Part shown: positions 45,549 through 58,500 of the stretch, piece by piece
Layout of the letters: each line of letters begins with the position of its first letter
Numbering within the stretch: the stretch's first letter is position 1
Assembly: GCA_014905635.1 (NCBI GenBank)
Contig: JABVCE010000007.1
Coordinates: 620,001-684,000 of the forward strand
DNA: 64,000 nucleotides
Source of the DNA: Scenedesmus sp. PABB004
Taxonomy: Eukaryota
Reading direction: 5' to 3'
Made by a program: the position numbers and the translations under genes
Notes under the pieces: generated by a model
What the model saw: the letters and a program-made list of their open reading frames with translations, nothing else
Told to the model about the DNA's origin: nothing
Database searches by the model: none

Positions 45549-48155
45549 TCACCCAAAGTTGAAGGTGAACGTGAAGCCGCCGCCCTGCTGCTGGAAGTGC
45601 TGCGGGTGGCCCCACCCGCCGCCGCCGCCGCCGGCGGGTTCGAGGTCGTCGCCGCGGTCGTAGCGCGCGCGGCGCTCGTCATCCGAGAGCACCTCGTACG
45701 CCTCGGCCACCTCCCGGAAGCGCTCCTCGTTCTCCGCCTTTTCCTTGGACGAGTGGACCTGCGCGCGCGGTCGGGTCGACGCGGGCGCGGGTTGGGCGTG
45801 TGAGGGCGCGCGTGGGAGCGCGCGCGCGAGGGCGGTGGACGCGCGCGCGGGCGGCGGTGTGCGCGGGCGTGCGCAGCGAGAGAGGGAGTGTGGGTGTGTG
45901 GGTGTGTGGGTGTGTGGGTGTGTGGGTGTGTGGGTGTGTGGTTGTGCGCGTGCGCGGCGGACCTTGTCGGGGTGGAACTGCTTTGCGAGCGCGCGGTACG
46001 CCGACTTGACCTCGCGCTGCGCCGCGGCCCGGTCGACGCCGAGGACCTTGTAGTAGTCCTGCAAGGAAGGGGGGGGGTGAGGGGAGAGGTGAGTGAGACA
46101 GGGAAGTGAGAGAGGGGAGCGAGAGGGGGAAGGTGCGCGGGCGGGCGCGCGCACGGCGCGCGGGGGCGTGCCTTGCGCTTGGACATCTTCAGCGCGCGCT
46201 CGGCCTCCTGGTAGAGGCTGTGCGCATCGCCGTCGTCCTGGCGCTCCTGCAGCAGGCGCCGCGCGAGCGTGACGGCGTCGTCGTGCCGCGCCGCGCCGAT
46301 GAGCGCACGAACGAGCTCCTTGCTGGCCTCGTAGTAGCCAGCGTCCAGCGACAGCGCCGCCTCGCACGCCTGCCGGGGACGTCGGCGGCGCGCGGCGCGG
46401 CGTCGGCGTCGGCGGGGCGGCGCGGCGCGGGCCGGCGGCGGTGGCGGCGCCGCATGGCGGGGCCCCGCAGGGTGAGCGCCGCTGCGGCCGCGCGCCTGCA
46501 CGGCGGCCTCGGCCTTGTCGAGCGAGCGCTGGACGCGGCAGAGCTGCAGCTGCAGCTCCTTGTTCGCCGCGGCGTGGCCGGGGTCGACCGCGAGCGCCGC
46601 GGTCAGCAGCTCCTCGGCCTCGCCAAACTCCTGCGCCTCCAGGGCCCTGCGTGCGCCCCGCGCGCGGGCGCGGGCGCGCCGCGCGTGAGGCGCGCGTCCG
46701 GCGCGCTGCCTCGCGCGGCGCCGCGCCGGCGCCGCGCCGGCCTCGCGCGGCGCTGCGCAGTGCGTGCCTGAGCGCGCGGTCGCGCTTGCGCTGGAGGTCC
46801 TTGAGCCGGTTGAACGCGGCCCGCGCGGGGGCGTGGTCGGGGTCAAACTTCAGCGCCTCTGCGCCGACGGCGGTGCGGTCAGGCGGCGGCCGGGGGACGG
46901 TCACGCGGCGGCAGTCGTCATCATCGTCACCAGGGTTAGCCCCTTGGGGTTTAAAGCAGCGCCCTTTTCCGCGCCACGCCGCGCGCGGCGCTGCGTGCGC
47001 ACCCGCGAAGTGGCGCTTGGCCATGTCGCTGTCGCCCAGGTACATGTACCCGCGCCCCCGCAGCGTGAGCGCCTCGAGGTGCCCCGGGCTCGACTTGACG
47101 ACGCGACCCGTCGCGGCGATGGCCTGCGCGCGAGGCGCCGCAGGGTCGGCGCCGCACCGGGGCCTTCTGCCGCACGGCTGGCCACACAGCTCGCCCCGCT
47201 GCGAGCACGGCTGGCGCTGCGCCGCGCCGCGCGGGGGCCGCGCCGCGCAGCCGTCCGCGCGCCGCACCTCCTCGTACTTGCCCGCCGCCATCATGAGCTT
47301 CGCCTCGAGCAGCGCCGCGGGGATGCAGTCCGGCGCGGCGCGCAGCACGCGGTCAATCACGGCCTGCGCGGCGGCGTCGTCCGCGCCGCCGGCGCCGCCG
47401 GCGCCGCCGCCGTCGCTGCCTGCCGCCTCGGCGAGTGCCTTGAGCTCCGCCACGCCCGCTGCCAGGTCGTCGAGCGCCTGCAGCTCCTTGGGCGCCGCGC
47501 TGTGGCCGGGCTTGATCCGCAACACCGCCTCAAAGTCGGACCGCGACGCCGATAGGTCGCACACCGACCTGCCGGCGCGGCGCCAGCAGCGGCGGCGCCG
47601 GCGGCGTGGGCGCGGCTCCGCGCCGCGCCGCCGGCGGCCGGCGCCAGCTGCACGGGACCGCACCTGTGCAGCCTGCCGCGGCTGAGCAGGGCGGACGAGT
47701 AGCTGCCGTCCAGCTCGATCGCGCGGTCCAGGTCCTTGAGCGCTTGCGCAAACTGCGCGGGGCACGGGGCGCGTCGGCGCGCTGCGGCTGGCGCGCGCGG
47801 CGCGGCGCCGCCCCGCCCCGCCCCGCGCCGCCCTGCCGCCCCGAGCCGGGCGGGCACCCCGGCCGCGCGCCTTTTTGATCGAGACGTACGCCGCGGCGCG
47901 CTTGGTGTAGAAGAGGGCGGTGCCGCTGTCGAGCTCCAGCGCGCCGCTGTAGTGCCGGATCGCCGCCGAATAGTCGCCCGCGCTCAGTGCCGCGTCGCCC
48001 GCGCCCAGCAGCGCCGCCGCGCTCGCCGCGGCCGCGGGCAGCGCGGCGAGGAGCAGCACGCCCGCGGCGAGCACCGCGGCGGCGCCCAGGCCGGACCCGC
48101 CCGCCAGCGCCAGCGCTGCCGGCGTGGCGGCCGCCGCCGGGTGCGCCAGCAGCAT
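45549..48155 (-). CDS. DNAJC3: DnaJ homolog subfamily C member 3 (P58IPK): signal peptide, TPR repeats and J domain
   Basis: Hydrophobic N-terminus. TPRs (AIRHYSGALELD, EALKFDPDH). J domain DYYKVLGV...YRALAKQFHPDK...FREVAEAYEVLSD. C-terminal FTFTFNFG*. Confidence 0.9.
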   Translation of the reverse strand: MLLAHPAAAATPAALALAGGSGLGAAAVLAAGVLLLAALPAAAASAAALLGAGDAALSAGDYSAAIRHYSGALELDSGTALFYTKRAAAYVSIKKARGRGARPARGGRAARGGAGRRRAARASRSAPTRPVPRAVCASAQGPGPRDRAGRQLLVRPAQPRQAAQVRSRAAGAGRRRRGAEPRPRRRRRRCWRRAGRSVCDLSASRSDFEAVLRIKPGHSAAPKELQALDDLAAGVAELKALAEAAGSDGGGAGGAGGADDAAAQAVIDRVLRAAPDCIPAALLEAKLMMAAGKYEEVRRADGCAARPPRGAAQRQPCSQRGELCGQPCGRRPRCGADPAAPRAQAIAATGRVVKSSPGHLEALTLRGRGYMYLGDSDMAKRHFAGAHAAPRAAWRGKGRCFKPQGANPGDDDDDCRRVTVPRPPPDRTAVGAEALKFDPDHAPARAAFNRLKDLQRKRDRALRHALRSAARGRRGAGAAPREAARRTRASRAARPRPRAGRTQGPGGAGVWRGRGAADRGARGRPRPRRGEQGAAAAALPRPALARQGRGRRAGARPQRRSPCGAPPCGAATAAGPRRAAPPTPTPRRAPPTSPAGVRGGAVAGRWLLRGQQGARSCAHRRGAARRRRHARAAPAAGAPGRRRCAQPLPGGRARAEDVQAQGTPPRAVRAPARAPSPSRSPLSLPCLTHLSPHPPPSLQDYYKVLGVDRAAAQREVKSAYRALAKQFHPDKVRRARAQPHTHTPTHPHTHTPTHPHSLSRCARPRTPPPARASTALARALPRAPSHAQPAPASTRPRAQVHSSKEKAENEERFREVAEAYEVLSDDERRARYDRGDDLEPAGGGGGGWGHPQHFQQQGGGFTFTFNFG

Positions 48156-48713
48156 GGCTTTGCTGCTGTCCGAGCGCTGCGCAGAGCAGACTCCTCCCCT
48201 CTCCGTCCGCCGGCGCCGCTTCAGAAGCAGCGCTCCAGAAGCAGCAGCGCTCGGTGTCGCCGCCGCCGCTCGCGTGCCGGCCGGCCCTTTGCGTCAGCTC
48301 TGAGCGGCAACGCTGGTACACACGCGCGACTGCGCAGGCCCCTGTGAGGCGGCGGCTCGCGCCGGGCAGGGAGGCTGGGGCTCGGTGAGGTGTCCTGGTG
48401 ATGCAGCGCCCCTCCTGCGCTGCCTGGGCGGGCTGGCGCGCGCTGCAGCGTCGTGGGAGTGGGGCGCAGGGAGATGCGTCCGTCTGCAGCGGCGCGCGGG
48501 CGGACGGGCTCGCAACACGCGGCAGCAGAGCGGCCGGCTGTTCTTTTCGCGAGACTGCCGCCACGCGCGCCCCCCGCCGCGGCAGCGCACTCCCGGCACG
48601 CCCGCCATCATCCCGCCGCCACGTGACGCAAGCCGGCGCCACCACCGCGCAGCAGCAGCACCACCCGCAGCAGCAGCGGCGAGCGTCGCACGCCGCCGCG
48701 CCGCGCGGGGGCC

Positions 48714-50623
<1,910 letters not shown>

Positions 50624-50844
50624 GGCGGCGCGTGAGGCCGCGCGGGCGCAGCGCGCCGCTCGCGTCGTAACGCGGCGTGTTGGGCAGCGGCGCAGCCCGG
50701 CCGCCAGACGGACGGTGAGGGCGGACGCAGGCTGCGCCGCGCCATGCCGCGCGACTCGCCGCCTCGGCGCGCCGACACCCGTCGCGCCGCCCGCGCGCCC
50801 CGGCGGGCGCCACGGGCCGCGATCCGGCCGCGGGGACGGCCCTG

Positions 50845-52747
50845 ATGGCGGACAAGTGCGGGCCGGGGGCGGCGGCGGGCGTCGGGGCGGCGCGCGCGGC
50901 GCGCTCACGCCGGGCCGCCCCCCGCCGCAGGGCCGCGAGCAGACGCGCCGCACCCGCCGCTGGGGCTCACCTGGCGCCCAACACGCCCACGTCCGGCCCC
51001 CACACGCGCTCCCACGGAGCGCCGCCGCCGCCGCCGCCGCCGGCGCCGCCGCTGGCGACCGCGACGGCCACCGCCACGGCGCAGGCGATCGCCGTGCTGC
51101 AGCACCGCCACGCGAGCAGCGCCGGCCTCGCAGCCATGGCCGAGGCGGCGGCCGCCGCGCTCGCCGGTGGCCTCAGCCCCGGGCCCCTGGCGCGGCAGCG
51201 CGTGGTGCTGGGCCGCGCGGCGGCGGCCGCGGCGCTCGCGGCGGCGGGCGCCTACGCGCTGCTGGGCGCGCCCACGCGCCTCGGCTGGCGCGCCGAGGCC
51301 GCGCTGCTGGCGAGCTGGGGCGGCGGCAACGCGGTCGCGTGGGCGCTGATGTCCGCGCTGGGGCTCTTCCCGGCGGTCCTCGCGTGCGTGGCGTGGCCGT
51401 CGCTGCGCAGCAGCCGCGGCAAGGTGTGCGCGCGCGGGCACGGGCGCGGGCGGGGGCCTGGCGGCAGCCCAGGAGGCCTTGCGCGCCCGCGCCGCGCTCA
51501 CCGCCGTGCGCGCGCGCGGCAGGTGCCGCTGGCGCCGCACCTCGCCGCCTCGCTGCTGTGCGGCGCCTTTGCCCTGCTGGCCTACCTCTCGCGCTGGGCG
51601 CCGCCGCGCAAGCCCGCGGCGCTGCCGCCGGCGCGCCAGGTGCGCGCCCGCCGCGCGGCGGCCGGGCCCGCCCCGCGCCCCGTCGCCGCGCGCCGCCCAC
51701 GCGCGCGCGCGCGCCCGCGCGCCGCAGGCCGCCGGCCGCGGCGCGTGGCTGGCGCGCCTGGCCGAGGGCCGCGCCCTGCCCGCCGCGCTGCTCGCGGGCG
51801 CGCTGGCGCTCGCGGCCGTCGCCGCCGCGGCGTCGCCCGCGACCTGGGCTCACTTTGGTTTCCTCGCGGCGCGCAGCTGGAGCCTTCGCATCATGCTGGT
51901 TGACGCTGGCCTGCTCACGCTGCTGAGCCCCTGGCTCGTCCTGCGCGACGCGCGCGCGCGGCGCTGGCGCCCCGCGTCCCGCCCCGCCGGCCAGCTGCTG
52001 CTCTGCGGCGCGGCGCTCGCGGCGCCGCTGCTCGGCCCCGCGGCGTACCTGCTGCTGCGCCCCGTCGCGCCCGGCGGCGGCGTGCGCGGGGGCTGGGCGG
52101 CGCTGCGCGGCGCCGCGGCGCCCGGCGGCCGCGGCGGCGGCCGCGGCGGCGGCGCACGGGGGCGCGGCCGCGGGCGGGGCGCCGCGGCGCCGGCGGGCGC
52201 CGACGACGCAGGCGTCGCGGCCGCGGCGGCGCTGCCGCTGCCCGGGCCGCTCGCGACGTCCGCGGCCGCGATTGCCGCGCTCGTGGCCGAGCGCTGGCGC
52301 GCGGGCTGGGCCTGGGTTGGCCAGCGCGCGGCGCGCCTGCGCGGCGGCGGCAGCCCGGCGGCCTCCTCCAGCGACCGTGAGCGCGCGCCGCGAGCCGCTG
52401 CGCGGCCGCCAGCGCGGGCGGCCGCCTGCCCGCCGCCCACCCGCTGCCTCCCCGCCGCGCCGCCGCCTGCAGCTGCCGGCGAGGAGCTGGACGTCGACGG
52501 CGGCGACGGCGTCGAGCCGAGCGCGGCGGGCGGGACCTCGGGCGGCGCGCACGTCCACGGCGGCGCGCCGCCCGGCGCGCTCGGCCCGCGCGCCGCGTTC
52601 ACGGTCGCGTCTAGGCCGGGCGGCGCGCAGGAGCTGGTCTTCCTTGACAACCACGACGAGGACGACGCGCTGCTAGGGGATGGCGGCGGCGGCAGCGGCA
52701 GCGAGCGCACGTCCGACGCCGACGCGGACGACAGCGGGTTCGACTCG

Positions 52748-52813
<66 letters not shown>

Positions 52814-53014
52814 GGCGAGGGCGAGGGCGAGGCGGACGCGGGGCGCCCAGAGGGCGGCGCCGCCGGCGGCGACAGCGATGACGGCGGCCCGAGCGGCGAG
52901 GCGGAGGGCGGCGGCGCCTCGGGCGGCGAGCCGCCCGGCGGCGGCACCAGCGGCGGCGGCGACACCGCTCGCGTCGACGCAAGCGACTCTGGCGGGGCGG
53001 AGGCAGAGTCCTAG
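50845..53014 (+). CDS. Hypothetical multi-pass membrane protein with acidic C-terminal tail
   Basis: Hydrophobic exons WALMSALGLFPAVLACVAWP, SLLCGAFALLAYL and MLVDAGLLTLLSPWLVLRDARAR...PLLGPAAYLLLRP. Poly-Asp tail. Start and 5' exons uncertain. Confidence 0.6.
52748..52810 (+). repeat. (GAC)21 poly-Asp tract
   Basis: Perfect GAC run within the coding tail. Confidence 0.95.
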
Positions 53015-53219
53015 GCAGTTTGCGGCGGCATGTGCCTCACTGGCAGTTGTGGGCGGGCGCCGCGCGGCTTGGCACGGCCCGCGCGGTCGCCGCGCCTTTG
53101 ATTGGGGGCGGGGGGGGGGGGGGGGCGGCTGACCCGGCGGCGCGCTCAGTTGTTTACCGCTCGCTGCCGCGCAGCCCCCCGCTGCAGAGCCCCTCAGCTC
53201 AGCGGCACAGCCCCTCGGC

Positions 53220-55100
53220 TCAGCTGGCCGCGCCCAGGGCATGCAGGGCCTCCAGGGCATGCAGGGCCTCGTCCAGCGCCTCCAGCAGGTCCTGCCCGCT
53301 GCTGCTGCGGTCCAGGTTGTGCTCACAGAGCTTGTCGCGCAGCGGGCGCAGCGCCGCGGCCAGCTTCTGCGCCAGACTCTCCGCGAGCACGTTGCCGCCC
53401 GCGGCCAGCGCCGGCCAGCTGCGCACAAGCGCCGCCAGCAGTTGGCAGGCCGCGCGCAGCACGTGGCGCGCTGACGGCTGGCCGACCAGCACGAGCGCCT
53501 CGCGACTCGACAACAGGCCCAGCAGCGCGTCGCCCACGGCCAGCCGCTCGGGCTCTGCTGGCGCGCCGCCGGCCGCGTGTGGCGGCGCCAGCAGCCGCCG
53601 CGCCAGCTCCAGCGCGGCGCACTGCACTCTGTAGCGTGAGCGGGCCTCCTCCCGCGGCGCACGCTCCCACGCCAGCGCCGACGCGGCGGCCAGCAGGCCG
53701 CGGCGCCACGCGTGGCGGTCAGGCGGCGCCTCCGCAGCGGCTGGCGCCTGGACGGCCTCCTCCTGCTCCTCCGCCCATGCCAGGGAAGACAGCATTCGCA
53801 GCGCGACCTGCACGTCGTGTTCGTTGACCTGCCTCTGGTCAATGCGCGGCAGCGGCGGCGGCGGCGGCGCCGCCGCGCCGGGGGCGGCCGCGCCCGCCGT
53901 CACGACCCACGCGAGCGCCGCCGCGTGCGGCCGCAGCGCGGCGAGCAGGGGCTCCGCCCGGCCCAGCAGCTGCGAGCGGTTGAGCCGGAGGGCGACCATC
54001 CAGAAGGCGGCAGACACGCATCTGGCGCGCCAGTCGTTGACGCAGGCGCCGGCGACGACGGCGGCCGCGGGGCCGAGCAGCGCCTCGGCCGCCGCCTCGA
54101 TGTCGGCGTGACAGTTGCGCATGCGCTCCATCAGGCCGTCCCACACACCTGTCAACCATATGAGCGCCAATGTCGAAGCGTAGAGGTCCGCCTCCCCCGG
54201 CGGCTCCGCGGGCAGGGCGCACCACAGGGGCAGGAGCGCCGCAAAGCAGGCGCGCGCGGGCTGGAGCCCGATCTCGCGCGCGCAGCGCATGAGCACAGCG
54301 GCTGACTCGCGCATGTCCGGCCGCACGAGCGCCGCGCGCAGCGTGGCCGCCGTGCCACGCAGGCAGGCTGCGAGCGCTTCCTGCTCCTCGCGCTTGACCC
54401 TGGGCAGCTCCTGCAGGTCCAGGACGAGGGACCGCAGCATCGACCACAGCTCAAGCTGCACCGCGCTGGGCGCCGCGCCCAGCGCCCAGTCGCCGAACGC
54501 CGCCGGGAGCTGCGCCAGCAGCGCGACGCGCAGCCCGGGCGACACGTCGCCGCGGTCGCTCTCCCCCTCGGCCGCGCCGCGCGCGACGAGCTCGAGCAGC
54601 AGAGCCGCCGCGGCCTGCGCCGCCCTGGCGCTGCCCTCGGCGGCCCACATCGCGTCGTGCAGATCCCACAGCCGAGGTTCGCCCCACACCTTGGGCATGC
54701 GCCGCAGGAGCCAGAGCGCCAGCTCCAGCGTGGCGACGTCGCCCGCTCCGGCGGGCAGAAGGCACAGCACGTCATGCAGCAGCGTGGTGCGCGCCAGCAG
54801 CGGCGACAGGTCCGCGTCGAGCGCCTCGCCGCGACGAGCGTGCGCGGCCGCCGCGAACAGCACGAGGGCCGCGCGGTCGCGCCGGCTCTGGGCGACGACG
54901 CGCAGCGCCAGCTCGTCGCGCTCGGCGGCGCCGGCGCTGCGCAGCAGGACGCCGAGCAGCTCCAGCAGCGACGGCCGCGGCGCCCAGCAGCGACGGCCGC
55001 ATTGCGCGTCGTCGGAGTCGATGCTGCTCTCGCTGGTGGCGCTGCTGCCACTGCTGGTGGCGCTGTGCCGCGCTGCTGGCTCGGCCACTGCCGCTTCCAT
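53220..55100 (-). CDS. Hypothetical intronless all-alpha (Leu/Ala-rich) protein
   Basis: Continuous ~626-codon frame from ATG 55100 with protein-like composition (amphipathic helices, many W/L). No recognised motif. Confidence 0.65.
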   Translation of the reverse strand: MEAAVAEPAARHSATSSGSSATSESSIDSDDAQCGRRCWAPRPSLLELLGVLLRSAGAAERDELALRVVAQSRRDRAALVLFAAAAHARRGEALDADLSPLLARTTLLHDVLCLLPAGAGDVATLELALWLLRRMPKVWGEPRLWDLHDAMWAAEGSARAAQAAAALLLELVARGAAEGESDRGDVSPGLRVALLAQLPAAFGDWALGAAPSAVQLELWSMLRSLVLDLQELPRVKREEQEALAACLRGTAATLRAALVRPDMRESAAVLMRCAREIGLQPARACFAALLPLWCALPAEPPGEADLYASTLALIWLTGVWDGLMERMRNCHADIEAAAEALLGPAAAVVAGACVNDWRARCVSAAFWMVALRLNRSQLLGRAEPLLAALRPHAAALAWVVTAGAAAPGAAAPPPPPLPRIDQRQVNEHDVQVALRMLSSLAWAEEQEEAVQAPAAAEAPPDRHAWRRGLLAAASALAWERAPREEARSRYRVQCAALELARRLLAPPHAAGGAPAEPERLAVGDALLGLLSSREALVLVGQPSARHVLRAACQLLAALVRSWPALAAGGNVLAESLAQKLAAALRPLRDKLCEHNLDRSSSGQDLLEALDEALHALEALHALGAAS

Positions 55101-55524
55101 ACTGCTGTTGGATCCGTCTGGTGCTGCTGGCTCGGCCGCAGCTGCCACTCGCGCTGCTGGCTGCCTGCCTGCGCACTCGTGGCGGTCCGGGGGTCTGCTG
55201 CTGCCGCGCGCTGGTCAGCGGCGGCTGGCAACGACGCAAACCTTCGGGCGCGGGGAGCGGGTCGGCAGGCCCGGCTGTGGCCTGCCGGCGGGCGGGGCGG
55301 GGCTGCAGCGCTGCCAGCCGCGCTCCAGTCGCCGCGGCGTCTCAAGACGAGCGCGCCGCTGGCGGGCTGTGCCGCCGCGTGCGCCACCGCCGCTCCCACA
55401 GGCGACGAGTCCTCGCGCCCACGCACCGCGCCCACCGCGCCCAGCGCCGGCCCACGAGGGCGCGCGGCAGGCCCCGGCGGCAGCGGCGGCGGCCGCCGGC
55501 CCGCGGCGCCCGGCGCGCGGCGCC

Positions 55525-58500
55525 ATGGTCAAGGCCTACCTGCGCTACGAGCAGGCGGGGGCCTGGGGCGTGATTGCCAGCGGCGCCAACGTCGCGTTCG
55601 ACGCGGGCGGCAAGCACCTGCTCACGGGCACGCTCGAGAGCATCGCGCTGTGGAACCTGCGCCAGGGCGCCCAGGTGCGGCGCGGCGCGGTCCGGGAGGC
55701 GAGAGCGGGGGCCGGGGCAGCTCCCGGCACTGCGCGGCGGCGCGGCCGGGCGGCGCGGCCGGCAGCAGCGCCGGCGGCCGGCGGCGGGCGCGTCACCCGG
55801 CGGCTCGCGCGCAGGTGGCCACGCTGTCGCCGGAGCTGGCCAGCAGCAGCACCGCGCCGCGCGCGGCCGCGGAGGTCACGCGCATCGCCGTCGCGCCGGG
55901 CGGGCACCCGCTCGCGGCCGGCTACTCCGACGGCACGGTGCGCCGCGCTGTTGCTGCGCGCGGCGGCGGCGGCGGCGGCAGCAGCAGTCGTGTTATTCGC
56001 AGCGACAGCACGCACGCACACGGCAGTGCCGCCGGCCGGCAGCGGGCGCCCGCGAGCGCGCCGCGCGCCGCGCCGCGCCGCCGCGCGCCGCCGCAGGTGC
56101 GGCTCTGGGACGTGCCCTCGCGCACGTGCCTCGTCACGCTGTCGGGCCACACCGGCGCGGTCACGGCGCTCGCGTTCAGCGCCGGCGGCGGCCTGCTCGC
56201 GTCGGGCAGCGCCGACACGACCGCGATTCTGTGGGACGTCGTCGGCGAGGCGGGGCTGGTGCGGCTCAAGGGCCACCGCGACGCGATCACCGACCTGGTG
56301 CGCGGCGGCGGGGGCTTGGGGGGGGGGCAGGCGGGGACGCCACAGCGGCGGCGCCCTGCCACCGTCGCTGCCGCTGCCGCCGACGCCGCCGCCGCCGGCC
56401 GCGGGCGCAGGCGCTGCTGCACGGTGGCGCGAAGCTCGTGACGGGCAGCAAGGACGGCATGGTCAAGGTGTGGGACGCGGCGCTGCAGCACTGCTGCCAG
56501 ACGGTCATCGGCTTCAAAGGCGAGGTCTGGGCGCTCGCGGTCGACCCCGCGGAGCGCCGCCTCGTCGCGGGCTGCGTCGACAGCGAGCTGCGCGTCTTCG
56601 CGATCCGCTCGCCCGAGGGCGCCCGCGGCGCGGGCGGTGCCGGCGCCGGCGGCGACGGCGGCGCCGGCAGCGACAGCGACGCCGACGAGGGCGACGCGGA
56701 GCGGCGGCTCGCCGCGCTCGTGGCCGCGGCGGCCGCCGGCGGCGCCGGCGCCGCGGCCGGCGCCGGCGCCGGCGCGGCGCCGCGGCGGCACGAGCTGCTC
56801 GTGCCGATGGGCAGCGTGCGGCGGCTGGGCCAGGAGCGCGTGGGCGCGATACACTTCAGCGCGAGCGGCGACCTGCTGGGCGTCATGGGCGCGGGCAAGA
56901 GCCTGGAGATCTTCAAGTGAGCGCTGCTGCCGCCGCGCCGCAGGGCGCCGCCGCGCAGAGCGCCGCCATGCAGAGCGTTGCGGCCCCGCAGCCGCCGCCG
57001 CCGCCGACGCCGCGCTCGCGCCGCTGCCCGCCCCAGGGTGCGGGGCGAGGCGGAGGCGCTGCGCAAGATGAAGCGGCGGCGGCGGCGCAAGAAGGAGAAG
57101 GCTCACAAGGCGGCCAAGGGCGGCGACGGCGACGCGCCGGGTGCGCCGCCGCGCCGCCGCCGCTGCTGCGGCGCCGCCGCTGCACCGCCGCGCCGCGCCG
57201 CGAGGCCCGCCCCCCGCCCCCCGCCCCGCGCCGGCGCGCAGGCGGGCAGCGCGACGGCGACGACGACGACGCCGGCGACGACGCGGGCGCCGACGCGGCG
57301 ACCGCGGGCGACGAGCTCGGCAGCCTGCTGGTGGTCACGCTGCGGCACAAGGCCCGCAGCTTTGCGTTCAACGCCGCCGGCCACAGGGGCTGCCTCGGCC
57401 AGGTCGCGGTCGGGCTGGCCAACAACAGCGTGGAGGTGCGCGCACCGCGCGCCCGCGCGCGCGGCAGCGCTCACGCTGGCGCGCCGGCGCCGCGTGCTGT
57501 TGTCGGTTCTGACCGCCGCCGCTGCTGCTGCCGCGTCTGGTCGCCGCTGCTGCTGCCGCCGCGTCTGGCCGCCGCAGCTCATCGACATAAAGGACGGCAG
57601 CTACGCCGCGGCCGGCAAGCTCGACCTGCCCGGCCACCGCAGCGACGTGCGCTGCCTCGCGCTCTCCTCGGACGACGCGCAGCTGCTGTCCGGCAGCAAC
57701 GCCGGCTGCAAGCTCTGGGACGCCGGCAGCGGCGCGTGCCTGGGCAGCATAGACACGGGCTACGCCCTCTGCTGCGTCTTTGCGCCGGGCAACCGCCACG
57801 CCCTCGTCGGCACCAAGGCGCGCGCGCGGCGGCGGCGGCGCGGCGGCGGCGGCGGCGGCGGCGGCGCGGCGACGCCGCGGCCCGCGGCCCGCGGGCCGCG
57901 GCCACGCCGCGCGCGCGCGCGCCCGGGCCGCCGCGCGCGCCTGGCCCTGGCCGCCGCCCGACCCCCGCGCCGCCGCCGCGGGCTCGCGTGTGCGCGCGCG
58001 CGCGCCCTTGCAGGAGGGCGCCATCCAGCTCGTCGACGTGGGCGCCGCGGCGGTGATCCACAGCGAGGCCGCGCACGGCGGCGCGGTGTGGTCGCTCGCG
58101 CTGCTGCCGGACAAGTCGGGCTTTGTGAGCGGCTCCGCCGACAAGACGATCAAGTTCTGGACCTGGGCGGTCGCCGGCGGCGACGACGACGACGAGCAGG
58201 CGGCGGCGGCGGCGGCGGCCAAGAAGAAGAAGAAAAAGAAGGGCGGCGACGGCGGCGAGGGCGGCGGCGAGGGCGGCGCCGCCGCGCCGGGCGCGCGGCA
58301 GCTGCGCTTCAGCGAGACGCGGTCGCTCGAGATGGCCGACGACGTGCTCTGCGTGCGCGTCTCGCCCGACGGCCGCCTGCTCGCGGCGGCGCTGCTCGAC
58401 GCGACGATCAAGGTGTACTACGCGGACAGGTGCGGACCGCGGGCGCGGCGCGGCGCGGCGGGGCGGCCCCTGCCGCCTGCGCGCGCGCCGCCCGCCCGCG

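Noticed and set aside
45886..45940. (GTGTGG)n as telomere-like repeat
   Set aside because: Lies inside a DNAJC3 intron and does not match TTTAGGG-type algal telomeres; an ordinary microsatellite.
54289..58056. 1255-aa ORF and the many other R/A/P/G-rich ORFs in the track
   Set aside because: Stop codons are rare at this GC content. The real coding pieces are short exons of WDR3 and other genes.
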